Shown: piece after piece, positions 1 to 11,160 of the stretch
Layout of the letters: the number at the start of each line of letters is the position of its first letter
How positions within the stretch are numbered: the first letter of the stretch is position 1
Program-made: the position numbers and the translations under genes
The notes under the pieces: model-generated
Seen by the model: only the letters and a program-made list of their open reading frames with translations
Told to the model about the DNA's origin: nothing
The model's database searches: none
NCBI GenBank assembly: GCA_963678065.2
Contig: CAXXVZ010000003.1
Location: forward strand, 960,001-1,024,000
Origin: Treponemataceae bacterium
GTDB taxonomy: Bacteria; Spirochaetota; Spirochaetia; Treponematales; Rectinemataceae
Reading direction: 5' to 3'
DNA: 64,000 nucleotides

Positions 1-568
1 CGACATTCTCAAACACGAAGCCATCAACTCTTACGTGTTCGACGGGTACTGGGAGGACATCGGAACCGTAAAATCTTTCTACGAGGCCAACATCGAGCTC
101 ACCGACGTCGATCCAAAATTCAATTTCTACGACGAAGGCATGCCCATCTACACCCACATGCGCAACCTGCCCGCCTCAAAGGTCAACTACTCCACACTGA
201 ACCAGGCTCTGGCGACGGACGGCTGCATCATCACGAACGCCTTCATCACGAGATCCCTCGTCGGAATCAGGACGATCATCGAGTCGGGCGCGAGCCTCGA
301 CGGTGTTGTCTGCATGGGCGCTGACAGGTACGAGACAAAGGAACAGAAGGCCACAAACGCGCGGCGCGGCATCCCCGACATCGGAATCGGCCAGGGAACC
401 ATCATCAAGCACGCGATCATAGACAAGAACGCGCGCATCGGCTCCAACTGCCGGATCGGCATAGATATGGTGGAGCGGATCGACGGCGAATATTCCACCC
501 ACAACATTGTGGATGGAATCATCGTCATCCCCAAGAACGCGATAATTCCTTCCGGCACGGTGATCTGA
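1..568 (+). CDS. glgC: Glucose-1-phosphate adenylyltransferase, C-terminal part (5' end outside window)
   Basis: GYWEDIGT motif, LPASK, and left-handed beta-helix repeats (AIIDKNARIG, GIIVIPKNAII). Confidence 0.93.
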   Translation, partial: DILKHEAINSYVFDGYWEDIGTVKSFYEANIELTDVDPKFNFYDEGMPIYTHMRNLPASKVNYSTLNQALATDGCIITNAFITRSLVGIRTIIESGASLDGVVCMGADRYETKEQKATNARRGIPDIGIGQGTIIKHAIIDKNARIGSNCRIGIDMVERIDGEYSTHNIVDGIIVIPKNAIIPSGTVI

Positions 569-577
569 GTGTTGTCA

Positions 578-616
578 GGCGCGGACGGGCCACCGTAGCT
601 TCGTCCGCGCCCTTTC
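578..616 (+). terminator. Hairpin/terminator between convergent glgC and PRTase genes
   Basis: Perfect 10-bp inverted repeat GGCGCGGACG...CGTCCGCGCC followed by a short CTTT. Confidence 0.5.
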
Positions 617-663
617 CGGCACCGGCAGAGTCTGTCGGGAGCGTGCCGCTGATCGACGTGTTC

Positions 664-1266
664 TTAGAGGATGACCTCGAAGGCTTCCGCGAGTCCGGGA
701 TCTGCAGGGAAATAGTGCCTTTCGGCCTCTTCTCTCGTGAGCCCCATGAGTTCGTGGCTCATGTAATGGATCCATCTTTCGTCTTCCCTGCTCTTCACGA
801 CGATCTTCCGGCAATAATAATCCGGCACGATCGGAAGGCGATCCGAGATGTAATCCCTGATCTTGTAGTCGTGGACTGCTATCTTGATATCCGCGCGGGG
901 CAATCCGCGCTCCATGATGATCTCGGTGAGGTGGTTCACCGTCCGGCCCGAATCGTAGATGTCGTCTATGAGGAGAACCTTGTCGCCCGTCCTGAGATAA
1001 TCCGGGCTGTACGTCCAGCCGTCCACGCGAACCTGCTCCCGTTTCTGGATGTCGGCGTAGGAGTGCGCCACGACAGCGGCGTAGAAAACCGGCCTCTTCT
1101 CGGAGCGGACGATCTTGAAGTACTCGCTGATGACATTGCCGAGATAGGCCCCACCGCGGAGCGAAACATAGATCACGTCCGGAATGAACCCGTCCATGTG
1201 TATCCTGTGCGCCAGCTTTATGGCATTGTTCCGGATAGTGTCGTAGGAAATGAATTCCTTGTTCAC
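664..1266 (-). CDS. Type I phosphoribosyltransferase (purine PRTase-like)
   Basis: SLRGG motif and PRPP loop VLLIDDIYDSGRT; GTG start at 1266 preceded by AAGGAG. Confidence 0.85.
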   Translation of the reverse strand: MNKEFISYDTIRNNAIKLAHRIHMDGFIPDVIYVSLRGGAYLGNVISEYFKIVRSEKRPVFYAAVVAHSYADIQKREQVRVDGWTYSPDYLRTGDKVLLIDDIYDSGRTVNHLTEIIMERGLPRADIKIAVHDYKIRDYISDRLPIVPDYYCRKIVVKSREDERWIHYMSHELMGLTREEAERHYFPADPGLAEAFEVIL

Positions 1267-1338
1267 GTGCGGATTCTCCTTGATAAAAAAATCCCGGGGC
1301 AGTCGCCCCGGGAAGATCGACATGGAAGGACTATATCC

Positions 1339-2865
1339 TCACTTTTTCACATAGGCAAGCGTCGACACCTCCTGCCCGTCGCGGAGAATCGTGAAAGAGA
1401 TTTTCTTCGCATCGCGATCGTTCAGGGCCGAGTAGAACTCGGCGAGGTTGTCCGTCTTTGCCTCGTTCACTGCGGTGATGATGTCTCCCGGCTTGACCCC
1501 AATCGTGGCGGCGGGGGACTTGGCCGTCACATTGATCACGGCCACGCCGCTCTTCGCTTCCTTAGGAAGCTTGTCCGCGTCGATCAGCTCCGACTTGAGG
1601 GAGACCACGTCGAGTCCGGGATAGAGGTTGCCGTCATTGGAAGCTACTGTCTTGTCCCTCTCCTCGATCTTAACCGAGAGCGTTATGGGCTTCCCGCCGC
1701 GGATGAGGGAGAACTCGGCGGTCTTGCCCGCCGGCATGTCGCCGATGACCCTGACGAGATTGTCCTGCCCTTTCACGGCGACGCCGTCGGCCGAGGTTAT
1801 GAAATCGCCGGGGAGAATTCCAGCCTTGTCTGCCGGGCCCTTCCGGAATACCTGGGAGACGAAGGCGCCTTTCTTGCCCTCTATGCCCAGTTCCTGGGCA
1901 CTGGCTTTATCCGCGTCCCTTCCGAGGAGAGAGACACCGAGCCAGCCGTACTTGACCTGTCCATGGCTGATGAAATCGTCGATCGCTCCCTTGATATTGT
2001 TGATCGGGATGGCGAAGCCGAGACCGACGGAACCGCCCGAGGGAGAGGCTATCCAGGTGTTTATGCCGACAACCTCGCCGTAGATATTGACGAGGGCGCC
2101 CCCGGAGTTGCCCTGGTTGATGGATGCATCGGTCTGGATGAAGTCGTTGATGTTGCTGTCCGGACCTCCCGTCCTGCCGAGAGCACTCACGATGCCCGTA
2201 GTGACAGACGAGACGAGACCGTAGGGGCTTCCGACCGCTATGGCCCAGTCGCCGACGTGGAGCTTCGAGGAGTCGCCGAGCGTGGCAATCGAAATGTCCT
2301 GAGCGTTCGTCTCGAACTTGATGAGGGCGACGTCCTTGCGCTCGTCCGTCCCGACGAGCTTGGCCTCGAACTCCCTCTCGTCGTTCAGGGTGACCTTGAT
2401 CGAGGAGGCCTTCCCCGCGACATGGTCGTTGGTGAGAACGTAGACTGTCTTCCCGTCCCGGCGGACTATGACGCCCGAGCCGAGTCCCCGTTCCTCGCGG
2501 GGCTGGGGCGTCGATTTGCTTCCGTCCTCATTCTTGGGCGAGAAGAAGAAATCGAAGGGAAGCTGGTTCTGGATGTCGGTGCCGGAAGCCACTTTTTCAG
2601 TCACCGAGACTTCGACAACAGAAGGCAGCACGGCCTGGGCCACGTAGCGGAAAGCGTTCTGGACGGATTCGGCCTGGGCGAGCGCGGCCTTCACATCGGC
2701 GGGAGCCTTTGAAAGAGGGCTCTCGGCCTGTATCGATATCGTGGATCCGCGCTTGGCGCCGAGGGAAAATCCGGTGAACGCGAGGGCGAAACCGATCATG
2801 ATTCCGAAAACCACGAGATTGACGAGCAGTATTGTCCGTCCGTTCAACTTTTTCATTGCAGGCAT
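1339..2865 (-). CDS. htrA: HtrA/DegP (Do family) serine protease with two PDZ domains
   Basis: N-terminal TM helix; TNDHV, D, and IQTDASINQGNSGG triad motifs; GWLGV-started PDZ and a second PDZ. Confidence 0.93.
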   Translation of the reverse strand: MPAMKKLNGRTILLVNLVVFGIMIGFALAFTGFSLGAKRGSTISIQAESPLSKAPADVKAALAQAESVQNAFRYVAQAVLPSVVEVSVTEKVASGTDIQNQLPFDFFFSPKNEDGSKSTPQPREERGLGSGVIVRRDGKTVYVLTNDHVAGKASSIKVTLNDEREFEAKLVGTDERKDVALIKFETNAQDISIATLGDSSKLHVGDWAIAVGSPYGLVSSVTTGIVSALGRTGGPDSNINDFIQTDASINQGNSGGALVNIYGEVVGINTWIASPSGGSVGLGFAIPINNIKGAIDDFISHGQVKYGWLGVSLLGRDADKASAQELGIEGKKGAFVSQVFRKGPADKAGILPGDFITSADGVAVKGQDNLVRVIGDMPAGKTAEFSLIRGGKPITLSVKIEERDKTVASNDGNLYPGLDVVSLKSELIDADKLPKEAKSGVAVINVTAKSPAATIGVKPGDIITAVNEAKTDNLAEFYSALNDRDAKKISFTILRDGQEVSTLAYVKK

Positions 2866-2976
2866 AGCATCTCTCCTTGCTGATAGATCGGGAACGGGGA
2901 CCGGAAGCGCTTCCGGTTTCCATTCCCTTTTTCGAATATAATAACCGGCGTGGTCTATCGGGGTTACAGTCGGAGT

Positions 2977-3011
2977 AAAAAAGAACGGGTCCCTTCATTG
3001 CCCGAGGGACC
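2977..3011 (-). terminator. Intrinsic terminator after map
   Basis: Minus strand GGTCCCT-loop-AGGGACC followed by CGTTCTTTTTT. Confidence 0.5.
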
Positions 3012-3068
3012 TGCAAGCGCTGCAAGGGAAATAATGGGAGTTCTGTCAGAACGGAGCGGGGTCTTCAG

Positions 3069-3827
3069 TCAATACGGAGGATCCCAGGATGTCAGGACCT
3101 CGATGCCATCCTTCAGCACGGCCACCGTGTGTTCGAAGTGGGCCGAAGGCTTGCCATCGAGGGTGACAACTGTCCAGTCATCATCGAGGACCTTCACGTC
3201 GCCTGTTCCGAGGTTGATCATCGGCTCGATCGCCAGCACCATTCCCGGAACGATGCGCGGATTTGCGCCGCCGGAGACATAGTTCGGAATCTGCGGGTCC
3301 TCGTGAATTTCGAGGCCGACACCGTGACCGCAATACTGTCTGACGACGCCGTAGCCGTGGGCAGTGGCGTGGCCGAATACGGCGCGGGAGATATCGTGGA
3401 TGCGTTTCCCGGGCTCTATGGCGGCGATGGCCCTGTCCAGGCATTCCCTGGTAACAAGGAGGAGTTCCCTCAGTTCCGGGGCTATGGGTCCGACAGGAAG
3501 CGTGATGGCCGCGTCGGAATAGAAGCCGCCGAGGTCTATTCCGCAATCGAGCCCGACGATATCGCCGTCCTTGAGCCGGGAGCTGTCCGGAATGCCGTGG
3601 ATGACCGCGCGGTTCACCGAGACGCAGAGGCTTGCGGGATAACCCTCGTAGCCCAGGAAAGCAGGCCTTCCTCCGTTTGATTCTATGAAGTTCCGCGAAA
3701 ACGTGTCGAGTTCGAGGAGACTCACTCCAGCCTTGACGTGGGGGCGGATTTCGTGGAAGAGCCTGGAGAGAAGCTGGCAGGAGCGGCGTATACCCTCGAT
3801 CTGAGTCGGCGTCTTGAGGCGTATCAT
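3069..3827 (-). CDS. map: Methionine aminopeptidase type I
   Basis: CVSVN..IHGIP, GHGVG..IHEDP, AIEPMIN and SAHFEHTV motifs. Confidence 0.96.
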   Translation of the reverse strand: MIRLKTPTQIEGIRRSCQLLSRLFHEIRPHVKAGVSLLELDTFSRNFIESNGGRPAFLGYEGYPASLCVSVNRAVIHGIPDSSRLKDGDIVGLDCGIDLGGFYSDAAITLPVGPIAPELRELLLVTRECLDRAIAAIEPGKRIHDISRAVFGHATAHGYGVVRQYCGHGVGLEIHEDPQIPNYVSGGANPRIVPGMVLAIEPMINLGTGDVKVLDDDWTVVTLDGKPSAHFEHTVAVLKDGIEVLTSWDPPY

Positions 3828-4273
3828 CTGAAGACTCCCGGCGAAGCGGGGCTCTCCGCCGTGCTGGCCTTCCAGATACCGTCCAGGACTCCGTTGACAA
3901 AACGGAAGGAATCTTCGGCGCCGAACTCCTTCGCTATCTCGATGGCTTCGTCTATCGTGATCTGGGCGGGAATGTCGGTCTGAAAAAGGAGCGAGTAGGT
4001 GCCGACGCGGAGTATGGCGAGATCCACCTTTTTCAGGCGTTCGAAGGACCAGTGCTGAAGGTGCTTCTTTATTTCCGCATCGACCGTATCGATGTTCTCG
4101 AGGGTACCGGCGATCATGAGACTGGAGAAGGTTTGCATCTCCTCATCCAGGGATTCCCGTTTCTCGGACTCGAGCCAGGGAAACGCGAGAAGTTCGGCGA
4201 GCGGCGTCGACGATACATCCCAGGCGTACAGCGCCTGGAAGGCCAGAATTCTGGCTTTTCTGCGTGAAGACAC
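3824..4273 (-). CDS. nusB: Transcription antitermination factor NusB
   Basis: SRRKAR..FQALY, VDLAILR, IDEAIEIAKEFG..FVNGVLD. Confidence 0.96.
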   Translation of the reverse strand: MSSRRKARILAFQALYAWDVSSTPLAELLAFPWLESEKRESLDEEMQTFSSLMIAGTLENIDTVDAEIKKHLQHWSFERLKKVDLAILRVGTYSLLFQTDIPAQITIDEAIEIAKEFGAEDSFRFVNGVLDGIWKASTAESPASPGVFR

Positions 4274-4379
4274 GGTTTTCTCCCGGCGGATTTCCGACCC
4301 GCCTCATTCGGTCAGATCCCTGGATTAAACAGGGCGGACGCGACTCCGCCCTTAGATCCGTTCCGGGACACGTGACGCC

Positions 4380-5417
4380 TCAGAAGCTGAGATTTTCCTC
4401 GTAGATCTTGATCGTCGCGTCCTTCCTGAGCTGGGCTATGAGGTCAGCCTCGACCTTGTCCATGAATTCGCTCTGTTTCTGGACGGTGAGCTCGTATGCG
4501 AGGTATTCGCTGACAGTGGTGTTCTGGTCGCCCGGGATGGGGTCGGTCAGGCCGAGCTGTTTCTGCGGCAGGAATTCGTTGATGCGGACGATCTGCATGC
4601 CCGAAGCACTTTCGATCAGGCTGGAGACATCGCCGTTCTTCTGCTTGAATGCGAAGTCGAAGAAGTCCTTGCCGTAGAGGTTCGAGCCTTGGGGCGTCTT
4701 CTCGACATAGATCGAGGAGAGGGACTTGTAGCCCGCAGAGCCATCGCGGCCCCGCAGCATGTACTCGTCGAACTTCTCGGGATTGAGCTTGAGAGTCGCC
4801 GCCACCGCCTTCAGGACCTCGCGCGCCTTCTTCCTGTCATCGTCGCTCTTGTTGCGGAGATCGATGAAGAGGACGCTCGCCCTGATGGTGTCGGGCCGCA
4901 CGAGAGTGGACTTGGCCAGGTCGTACGCCTTCATGATTTCCTCGACGGTAGGGGGAACCTGGGAAGCCTTGAGTTCCGCGGCTTTCTTTGCCTGGACGTA
5001 GGCGCTGAACAGGAGTCGCTGGCGCGCGTAGGTCTTGGGATCGACGAAGATGCCCTCCGCCTGCATTGCCCTCTCGAGATCGGCGTCAGACACATTCTGG
5101 CCACCGATCTCGGCTTTCAACTGGGCGAGTCTCTGGGTGATCGCCGCGTCCTGGACCGTGATTTTCTCCCGATCGCAGAACTGGACGAAGAGCATGCTGT
5201 TCACGCGTGCCTCGAGGACCTGGCGGATCTGTTCAGGTTTCATCTTCTGGCCGGTGGCTTTCTCGAGTTTGTCGACATCGGCCTTTATCTGCCTGACCGA
5301 GATGATCTCCTGCTTGCTGAGCTTGATCGTGGCGGCCGGCTTGTCGATTGTCGTCTGGGCGAACGCGCCGGCGATCGCGAGGGTGAAAAGGACGGCCAAA
5401 GATGAAAGTCGCTTCAT
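4380..5417 (-). CDS. Periplasmic SurA/PrsA-like peptidyl-prolyl isomerase chaperone
   Basis: Signal peptide (AFA|Q), helical N-terminal domain, degenerate parvulin-like C-terminus (GDVSSLIESASGMQIVRI); GAAGG before ATG 5417. Confidence 0.7.
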   Translation of the reverse strand: MKRLSSLAVLFTLAIAGAFAQTTIDKPAATIKLSKQEIISVRQIKADVDKLEKATGQKMKPEQIRQVLEARVNSMLFVQFCDREKITVQDAAITQRLAQLKAEIGGQNVSDADLERAMQAEGIFVDPKTYARQRLLFSAYVQAKKAAELKASQVPPTVEEIMKAYDLAKSTLVRPDTIRASVLFIDLRNKSDDDRKKAREVLKAVAATLKLNPEKFDEYMLRGRDGSAGYKSLSSIYVEKTPQGSNLYGKDFFDFAFKQKNGDVSSLIESASGMQIVRINEFLPQKQLGLTDPIPGDQNTTVSEYLAYELTVQKQSEFMDKVEADLIAQLRKDATIKIYEENLSF

Positions 5418-5509
5418 GTACACCTTCTCGGAAGTTAATATGAGACCGGAGCCAGAGAAGGCCCCGCACATTACCAACAAACGATACCGCTAAAAGTAAA
5501 CGAAATCCG

Positions 5510-6361
5510 TCATTTGCTCAAGGGATTCCCGCGCTCCGACCCTATTCCCGCCCTTCTCCTGAGCGCCGCGAGGCCGGCAAGGCAAGGTTCGAGCTCTGCG
5601 GCGCGGTAGAGGCAGTCGATGGCCTCTGCCGTCTCGCGCCTGCGCAGGTGGACTTCAGCCTTCTTCCGGAGGAACTGCGCCGAATCGTGACGGTCGATCC
5701 TGAGTCCCACGGCCTCTTCCAGCCTGTCCAGGTAGTCTTCCTCGTCGAGGAGTCCAGGAAGCTTCATGAGGAGGACTGTCCTGAACCTGAGGGCGAGGAC
5801 CTCGAAAAAATACCTGAACCAGGGCTTCTCGGCCTCCATCCTGATAAGTTTCTTGTACATCGCATAGGACTTCAACCACCGCCCGCGCTTCTCATACTCC
5901 TCGGCGAGGCAGAACTCGGTGTCCATGGCCTCCCCTCGTTCAAGCCAGCGTTCGAGCCGGAAATCGCCGAGGGCCTTGGCCTTCTCGAAGACTTCGAGGG
6001 CCTCGTCCTCGAGGTTGTGAAGCAGGTCGTAGACGATGAGCTTGGCCTGGCTCTCCGGGTCATGGATGCGCTCTTTGAGAAAGCGCCGGTAATCGAAACC
6101 GCCTTCCTCCAGGGCGATCCGCCGCCTGCTCCGGTCGTAGGCCCTGCGTTTTTCCGGATCGGAGAGCATGCGGTAGGCCTCGAGGAGAAGGCGCATCGCC
6201 GCGTCCGCGGCGCGGCCCGAAAGAGGGTCGGAGCCGGAGACATTCCGTATTTCGCCCTTGATGTCGGGGTGGTGTTTTTTGGCCTGCCTGCGGAAGGCGC
6301 TCTTGACTTCCTTCAGGCCCGCATCGGGGCTGATGCCGAGGACATCGTAGTAATTTTCCAC
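5510..6361 (-). CDS. J-domain (DnaJ-like) protein with TPR-like C-terminus
   Basis: NYYDVLGI...KKHHPD...AYRMLSDPEKRRAYD; helical repeats downstream. Confidence 0.85.
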   Translation of the reverse strand: MENYYDVLGISPDAGLKEVKSAFRRQAKKHHPDIKGEIRNVSGSDPLSGRAADAAMRLLLEAYRMLSDPEKRRAYDRSRRRIALEEGGFDYRRFLKERIHDPESQAKLIVYDLLHNLEDEALEVFEKAKALGDFRLERWLERGEAMDTEFCLAEEYEKRGRWLKSYAMYKKLIRMEAEKPWFRYFFEVLALRFRTVLLMKLPGLLDEEDYLDRLEEAVGLRIDRHDSAQFLRKKAEVHLRRRETAEAIDCLYRAAELEPCLAGLAALRRRAGIGSERGNPLSK

Positions 6362-6378
6362 GTCGATTCCGTCGCTTT

Positions 6379-6789
6379 TTAGTTCCGGACTACCGGTGCT
6401 CCGCGGGCGGCGGCGAGCGATTCTTCGGGTTTCGCGACAATTTCGCCGCAGGTCACGACCATGCCTTCAGCTTCCAGCATGGCCATCAGCTTCGCGAGGG
6501 ATTTGCCGCTCATGAAACCCTTCTTCCGGAGAATGGCCATGGAGCGCTTGCCGGTGAGAGTTCCCGCATTGGCGAGGAACTCCGATATCCGAGCCGGAAG
6601 CTTGGCGCCGAGGCCCGTCGGCTCGCTGAGTATGGCGACGAAATCATGGCCCGATATCCTCGCCTCCGAGCGGTGGTCGATGATGTCGACCATGTGCCCG
6701 GAGGATTCGAAGCCTTTGGCCAGGTTCCTGAGATGTGTCTGGATCGATTCCATGTCCCCTGCGGGGATTCCAACCAGGGCGACGCGCAT
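6379..6789 (-). CDS. Hypothetical protein, flavodoxin-like alpha/beta pattern
   Basis: Operon-spaced ORF with GGAGG RBS; alternating beta/alpha pattern. Confidence 0.6.
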   Translation of the reverse strand: MRVALVGIPAGDMESIQTHLRNLAKGFESSGHMVDIIDHRSEARISGHDFVAILSEPTGLGAKLPARISEFLANAGTLTGKRSMAILRKKGFMSGKSLAKLMAMLEAEGMVVTCGEIVAKPEESLAAARGAPVVRN

Positions 6790-6811
6790 GCAGCCTCCGT
6801 CCTTCAAGTGT

Positions 6812-7294
6812 CTAAAGTGCCGAGTAAACCGTCTCGGCTTCCGGGCCCTTGACCACGATAACCGGACAGGACGCAGATCTCACTATATCGCGATTGGCCT
6901 CGATAAGGATATCCCTGTAACGGGAGTCTCCATTCCAGCCCCCCACGACAATACAGTCGGAACCGCTTTCCTCGGCCGCCTTGATGATCTCCCCGGAGAT
7001 GGACCCCTTGCGGAGCCAGGTCTCCACGCGCATGTGCTTGGCCGCCGCGATCTCTGAAACGAGTGCGAGGTAGCGCTTGCCGGTCTCTTCGAGGCTGTGC
7101 TCGTATTCCACGCTCTCATCCTCGACGAAAATTCTGGAAAGAGCGAGTTGCTTGATTGTGACTGTATCGACGACATAGACTGCAATGATCCGCGAGCCCA
7201 TATGCCGCTTGAGTGCGAGCGCGTACTTGACCGCGGCGATCGACACCTCGGATCCGTTCACCACGACGATCAGATTGGACAGAGGTCTTTTCAT
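6812..7294 (-). CDS. Universal stress protein (UspA family)
   Basis: LIVVVNGSE, G.I..EIIKAAEE..DCIVVG, ASCPVIVVK; start overlaps the subunit D stop. Confidence 0.88.
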   Translation of the reverse strand: MKRPLSNLIVVVNGSEVSIAAVKYALALKRHMGSRIIAVYVVDTVTIKQLALSRIFVEDESVEYEHSLEETGKRYLALVSEIAAAKHMRVETWLRKGSISGEIIKAAEESGSDCIVVGGWNGDSRYRDILIEANRDIVRSASCPVIVVKGPEAETVYSAL

Positions 7295-7923
7295 GAACCT
7301 TCCCGTGCCGCCGATCGTGCCTTGAGCAGCTTGACGGCGAACAGCGCTTCCCTCTCCCGTTCCTCGAGAGAAGCCTCGATATAGACTTTTCGTGCCCTTG
7401 ATTCGGGAATGACCATCTTTTCGAGGGCGTTGACCCTTCGCTGGGTTTTTCGGACTTCCCGGGCAAGACGCCAGACCACGGATCGCAGGCCCGCCATCCG
7501 CGCGACCAGTCCGAGAAGTTCGGTAAATTCTATCACGGTTTCATCCGAGTCTGCAAACGAATTCACGAAAGAATTGCGGAGTACGGGCGGAGGTACCCGC
7601 GCCTCGAGGGAGGGCAGGTACATGCCGGCGACACAGACCGTCTTTTCCTCTATCGCGACATCGGCGCTGACGCCGGCGGCGAGTTCGGCCGCCCGGTCCC
7701 GGCCGACCGATAGCAGCATGCGCCGGAGCGTCGGATAGGCGCTCGCCGTCCGCCGCGCGATTTCGCGCTCCAGGATTTTGACGTCGTCGATCCTGCGCAT
7801 GAGTTCCATGACAAGGATCTCCCGCTTGCGCTCGAGGAGCTCGAATCCCTCCAGGGCCAGGGCGAGTTTCTCCTTTTCCCTGAGGAGGTTCGACTTCGTG
7901 GGGGCGATGTCGGGGATGGACAT
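7291..7923 (-). CDS. ntpD: V/A-type ATP synthase subunit D
   Basis: APTKSNL, GFELLERKREIL, KTQRRVNALEKMVIP. Confidence 0.94.
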   Translation of the reverse strand: MSIPDIAPTKSNLLREKEKLALALEGFELLERKREILVMELMRRIDDVKILEREIARRTASAYPTLRRMLLSVGRDRAAELAAGVSADVAIEEKTVCVAGMYLPSLEARVPPPVLRNSFVNSFADSDETVIEFTELLGLVARMAGLRSVVWRLAREVRKTQRRVNALEKMVIPESRARKVYIEASLEEREREALFAVKLLKARSAAREGS

Positions 7924-7924
7924 C

Positions 7925-9397
7925 TCATGCCTCGCCGCTGGCTGCAGTCAGCGACGCTCCTCCGGAAGCGGCCGGAGGCATCCCGCCGGATGGCTCTCCG
8001 GGGAGGTAGCGCGCGACCATCTCGGCGGATATGCGCACGAGTTCCTCTTTCGGCAGCAGAGAGAGAGTCTTCCACCCGATCTCGAGAGTCCTCTCGATGC
8101 TGCGGTTCTCGTACTCGCCCTGATTCACGAAATCAGCCTCGAGCCGTTCGCCGAAGACGAGATAGGCCTTGTCGCGGGCGGAGAGCTCCTCCTCGCCGAT
8201 GATGGCCGCCAGGTTGCGGACATTCTTCACATAGGCGTAGGCGGCGAAGAGCTGGGCCGAAAGCTCGCGGTGATCCTCCCGCGTCATACCCTCGCCTATC
8301 CCGTCCTTCATGAGGCGGGATAGCGAGGGCAGTCCGGCGACGGGCGGATAGATTCCCCTTCCCGAGAGGTCGCGGTCGAGAACGATCTGCCCCTCGGTGA
8401 TGTAGCCGGTGAGGTCGGGTATGGGGTGGGAGATGTCGTCGTTCGGCATGGAGAGGATGGGTATCTGGGTGATGGAGCCCTCGAGACCCTGGATTTTCCC
8501 TGCCCTCTCGTAGAGGGAGGCGAGGTCGGAGTAAAGGTAGCCGGGGTAGCCCTTGCGCGAGGGAACCTCCCCGCGGGCGGCGGAGACCTCGCGCAGGGCC
8601 TCGCAGTAGTTCGTCATGTCGGTCATGACGACGAGGACATGCATGCCGAGGTCGAAGGCGAGGTATTCGGCTGCGGTCAGGGCTGAACGGGGCGTGACGA
8701 GTCTCTCGATGGAGGGGCTGTCGGCGAGGGAGAGGAACATGACGACGCGGGAGAGGACACCCGAGCGCTCGAAGGAGTCGACGAAGAACCTCGCGACATC
8801 GTACTTGATGCCCATGCCCGCGAAGACGATGGCGAATTTGGCCATGGCCTCGTCGTGATTGGTCTGACCGGGATCAGCCTGGCGAACCCTGGCCTGACGC
8901 ACGATCTGCGCGGCGAGACGGTTGTGGGGCAATCCGTTGCCGGAGAAGATGGGCAGTTTCTGTCCGCGGATGAGGGTGTTGAGGCCGTCGATAGAGGATA
9001 TCCCCGTCTGGATGAAATCTCTCGGGTATGCGCGCGCGGCCGGGTTTATCGGGCTGCCGTTGATGTCGCGCAGATCCGAGGAGAGGATCTCCGGGTAGCC
9101 GTCGGAAGGAAGGCCGAGGCCATCGAAGACCCGTCCGAGAATATCCGGCCCGACTCTGAGCTCGAGGGGACGGGCGAGGTATTCGACGGATGTTTTCTCG
9201 AGCGAGAGTCCCGTGTTGTCCGAAAAGAGCTGGATAGCCACTGCCCGGTCGGAAGTCTCCACGACCCTGCCCGATTTTATGCTGCCGTCGGGAGCGTGGA
9301 CGGCGACGAGTTCACCGTAACCGGCCGTCTCCGTTTTTTTCGCCACGACGATGGGGCCTTCGGCCCGCGCGAGTCCATGATGCTTGAGTCCGATCAT
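7925..9397 (-). CDS. ntpB: V/A-type ATP synthase subunit B
   Basis: [50 protein letters not shown]. Confidence 0.96.
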   Translation of the reverse strand: MIGLKHHGLARAEGPIVVAKKTETAGYGELVAVHAPDGSIKSGRVVETSDRAVAIQLFSDNTGLSLEKTSVEYLARPLELRVGPDILGRVFDGLGLPSDGYPEILSSDLRDINGSPINPAARAYPRDFIQTGISSIDGLNTLIRGQKLPIFSGNGLPHNRLAAQIVRQARVRQADPGQTNHDEAMAKFAIVFAGMGIKYDVARFFVDSFERSGVLSRVVMFLSLADSPSIERLVTPRSALTAAEYLAFDLGMHVLVVMTDMTNYCEALREVSAARGEVPSRKGYPGYLYSDLASLYERAGKIQGLEGSITQIPILSMPNDDISHPIPDLTGYITEGQIVLDRDLSGRGIYPPVAGLPSLSRLMKDGIGEGMTREDHRELSAQLFAAYAYVKNVRNLAAIIGEEELSARDKAYLVFGERLEADFVNQGEYENRSIERTLEIGWKTLSLLPKEELVRISAEMVARYLPGEPSGGMPPAASGGASLTAASGEA

Positions 9398-11160
9398 CGG
9401 AGAGCCTCCGTCCGGTACTGGCGAGCGAGTTCGCCGAAATCGTTCTCGATTCCCGTAAGGACGGTCCGCAACTCTTCTTCCTTTCCATTCGGCACGCTGC
9501 TTTTCAGCCTCGAAATGCGTTCCCTGACAGGCATCGCGAGTATCCTCGGAAGAGGGGTGCCCGCCTTGAGCGCTTCCTCGGCCCTGCGGTGGAACTCGAG
9601 GACGCAGCGGAGGAGGAGGACCTGCCTGGCGGGGGCGCAGAACATGTCCACCGGATCGAAGGAACTCTGCTGCAGGAAACCGTTTTTCAGCATCTCGGCA
9701 GTGATGAGGATGAGCCTCTGTCCGTCCGGCAGGGCATCGGGGCCGATGAGGCGCACGATGTCCGAGAGCTTGCGCTCGCGTTTCAAGAGATCGAGGGCCC
9801 TGTCTCTCGTCTCCCTCCAGGCGGGATCGACGCCGTCCCAGTAGTCCGCGAGATCATCGGCGTATTCCGAATACGAATCGTTCCAGGAAACGGCGGGATA
9901 GTGCCGCGCGTTGGCCAGCTCGCGGTCCAGAGCCCAGAAACAGCGGATGAATCGCTTCGTGTGCTGGGTGACGGGCTCGGAGAAATCTCCGCCGGGAGGG
10001 GAGACGGCCCCGATGATCGACACGGAACCCGATTCGCCTCCCAGAGTCCTGACCCGCCCTCCCCGCTCGTAGAACTCGGCCAGCCGCGTCGGGAGGTAGG
10101 CCGGGAAGCCCTCTTCCGCGGGCATTTCTTCGAGGCGCCCCGAGAGCTCACGGAGGGCTTCCGCCCAGCGCGAGGTCGAATCGGCCATGACGGCTACGTC
10201 GTAGCCCATGTCGCGGTAGTACTCCGCGACAGTGATGCCCGTGTAGATGGAAACCTCGCGCGCTGCCACGGGCATGTTGGAGGTGTTGGCGATGAGGACT
10301 GTTCTCTCCATGAGAGACCTGCCTGTGCGCGGGTCGACGAGGCGGGGAAACTCGGTGAGGACGTCGGTCATCTCGTTGCCGCGCTCGCCGCAGCCGACAT
10401 AGACGATGATGTCCGCGTCGCACCATTTGGCTATGGCGTGCTGGGTCATGGTCTTTCCTGTCCCGAAACCGCCCGGCACGGCGGCGCATCCTCCCTTGGC
10501 CATGGGGAAGAGGACGTCGACGACCCTGAGGCCGGTGACAAGGGGGATGGTAGACGGAAGACGGCCGAGATTGGGCCTTGGATGCCGGACGGGCCAGTCG
10601 TGGGCCAGGAAGACATCCGTTCCTCCCGCTGTCCGGGCCACAGGATCGTCGATCCGGTAGTCCCCTTCGGGCGCAACCCAGGAAAAGATCGATTCTGCGA
10701 TGTCCGGCGGGGTCATGACGCGGTGCTGTACGGAAGCTGTCTCCTGCACCGTTCCGACGAGGACACCGCGCCGGGCTGCATCCCCTTCCTTGACGGAAGG
10801 CAGGAATCTCCACTTCTTCGCGGTATCGAGGGGCGAGCCCTTGGCCCCGGGGGGAAGAAGGGGGCCGAACCTGTCCTTGAGCCCCGAAAGCGGCCTCTGG
10901 GTGCCGTCGTAGATCGAACCGAGCAGTCCCGGACCAAGCTTCACCGAGAGAGGGCGTCCCTTGCAGAGGACGGGTTCTCCCGGCTTCATCATGGTGTTCT
11001 CTTCGTAGATCTGGATAGTCGCGCCGGCTCCATCGAGCCTGATGATCTCTCCTACAAGGCCCGCCTCGCCCACTTCGACGACATCGTAGAGCCCCGCGCC
11101 CGCGAGGCCTTCGGCGCCGACAACCGGGCCGGCCACCCGCACGAGTCTGCCCCGGATCAC
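9394..11160 (-). CDS. ntpA: V/A-type ATP synthase subunit A (catalytic)
   Basis: P-loop [31 protein letters not shown]; likely GTG start at 11160 overlapping the subunit E stop. Confidence 0.96.
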   Translation of the reverse strand: MIRGRLVRVAGPVVGAEGLAGAGLYDVVEVGEAGLVGEIIRLDGAGATIQIYEENTMMKPGEPVLCKGRPLSVKLGPGLLGSIYDGTQRPLSGLKDRFGPLLPPGAKGSPLDTAKKWRFLPSVKEGDAARRGVLVGTVQETASVQHRVMTPPDIAESIFSWVAPEGDYRIDDPVARTAGGTDVFLAHDWPVRHPRPNLGRLPSTIPLVTGLRVVDVLFPMAKGGCAAVPGGFGTGKTMTQHAIAKWCDADIIVYVGCGERGNEMTDVLTEFPRLVDPRTGRSLMERTVLIANTSNMPVAAREVSIYTGITVAEYYRDMGYDVAVMADSTSRWAEALRELSGRLEEMPAEEGFPAYLPTRLAEFYERGGRVRTLGGESGSVSIIGAVSPPGGDFSEPVTQHTKRFIRCFWALDRELANARHYPAVSWNDSYSEYADDLADYWDGVDPAWRETRDRALDLLKRERKLSDIVRLIGPDALPDGQRLILITAEMLKNGFLQQSSFDPVDMFCAPARQVLLLRCVLEFHRRAEEALKAGTPLPRILAMPVRERISRLKSSVPNGKEEELRTVLTGIENDFGELARQYRTEALR

